DNA from: Acutalibacteraceae bacterium
GTDB taxonomy: Bacteria > Bacillota > Clostridia > Oscillospirales > Acutalibacteraceae
DNA length: 34,045 bases
Assembly: GCA_045597065.1 (NCBI GenBank)
Contig: JAZODO010000160.1
Location: 1-34,045 of the forward strand
Direction: 5' to 3'
Shown here: one piece after another, positions 33,696-34,045 of the stretch
How the letters are laid out: every line of letters starts with the position of its first letter
Numbering within the stretch: position 1 is the first letter of the stretch
The notes under the pieces: generated by a model
Database searches by the model: none
Seen by the model: only the letters and a program-made list of their open reading frames with translations
What the model was told of the DNA's origin: nothing
Translations under genes and position numbers: made by a program

Positions 33696-33748
33696 TAAGA
33701 AATTTATAAAAATTAGCAAAAAATTAGAGGTTTTTTAAGTAGTAGGGC

Positions 33749-34045
33749 TTAAAGTGTGAACAAAGATTTAACGAGCCTTAAAAGACAAACCCAAAAGGTT
33801 AGTTTTTCGCTACAGTTTTGGGCAATTATCGGTATTACTCCGAGTTCTTCTTCGCCCAAGAAAATGTGAACGTAGCCTACTATGTCCCCCGCCTTTACAG
33901 GGGCGGTAAGGGTTGTGCTGATACTCGCAGTTTGGGAAAGTTTAGATTCATCCCCCTTTTTTAAAAGCGCAAAAAACTTTTCGGAAACGGTAGGGGAAGT
34001 CGGATCGTAGCCATGTCGTTCTGTGAGCCAAGGAGTTGTCACCTT
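33749..34045 (-). CDS. C-terminal fragment of a serine-type D-Ala-D-Ala carboxypeptidase (PBP5 C-terminal domain plus membrane anchor); CDS enters from beyond the window end
   Basis: ...TLTAPVKAGDIVGYVHIFLGEEELGVIPIIAQNCSEKLTFWVCLLRLVKSLF matches the PBP5_C pattern (aPv.kGd.vG...v..dg..lg..pl.a...v) followed by a hydrophobic tail. The frame is open to the window edge, and the 'M' in the ORF track is an internal GTG. Confidence 0.6.
   Translation of the reverse strand, partial: KVTTPWLTERHGYDPTSPTVSEKFFALLKKGDESKLSQTASISTTLTAPVKAGDIVGYVHIFLGEEELGVIPIIAQNCSEKLTFWVCLLRLVKSLFTL

Overview
This is a 34-kb chromosomal window with no transposase, integrase, CRISPR, rRNA or tRNA. Gene content suggests an endospore-forming Firmicute of Clostridia type: a GerA-family germinant receptor, the DUF512-der-plsY-gpsA and yceD-rpmF clusters, and strong GGAGG-type RBSs. 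I count 35 believable genes, 31 of them on the minus strand. In coordinate order the window holds: (1) a V-type ATPase operon (G/H-I-K-E-C-F-A, with A cut by the window edge) directly preceded by brnQ; (2) an alaX (tRNA-Ala editing) and Na+:alanine symporter pair; (3) a T-box-controlled aspS-gatC(fused)-gatA(degenerate)-gatB operon; (4) a two-gene sugar aminotransferase and phosphoglycosyl transferase module; (5) an EF-G2-type paralogue; (6) a gerA-type operon in A-C-B order with unusually short C and B subunits; (7) a divergent pair encoding a CarboxypepD_reg-like protein and a peptidoglycan-binding protein with three PG-binding repeats; (8) a hypothetical helical protein and radC; (9) a 177-nt block of six back-to-back near-perfect hairpins; and (10) housekeeping genes (RluA-family pseudouridine synthase, dCMP deaminase, rpmB, gpsA, plsY, der, DUF512 radical-SAM, rpmF, yceD, a small P-loop protein, pgi, and a partial D-Ala-D-Ala carboxypeptidase). 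The most interesting signal is the tRNA-dependent asparagine module. AspRS is fused in frame through a Gly/Ala/Ser linker to a complete GatC. The adjacent GatA homologue is truncated and appears to lack all three amidase catalytic-triad residues, while GatB looks intact. The operon sits behind a T-box whose best-fitting specifier is AAC (Asn). All calls come from reading the sequence and ORF translations by eye; no database search or folding program was run.
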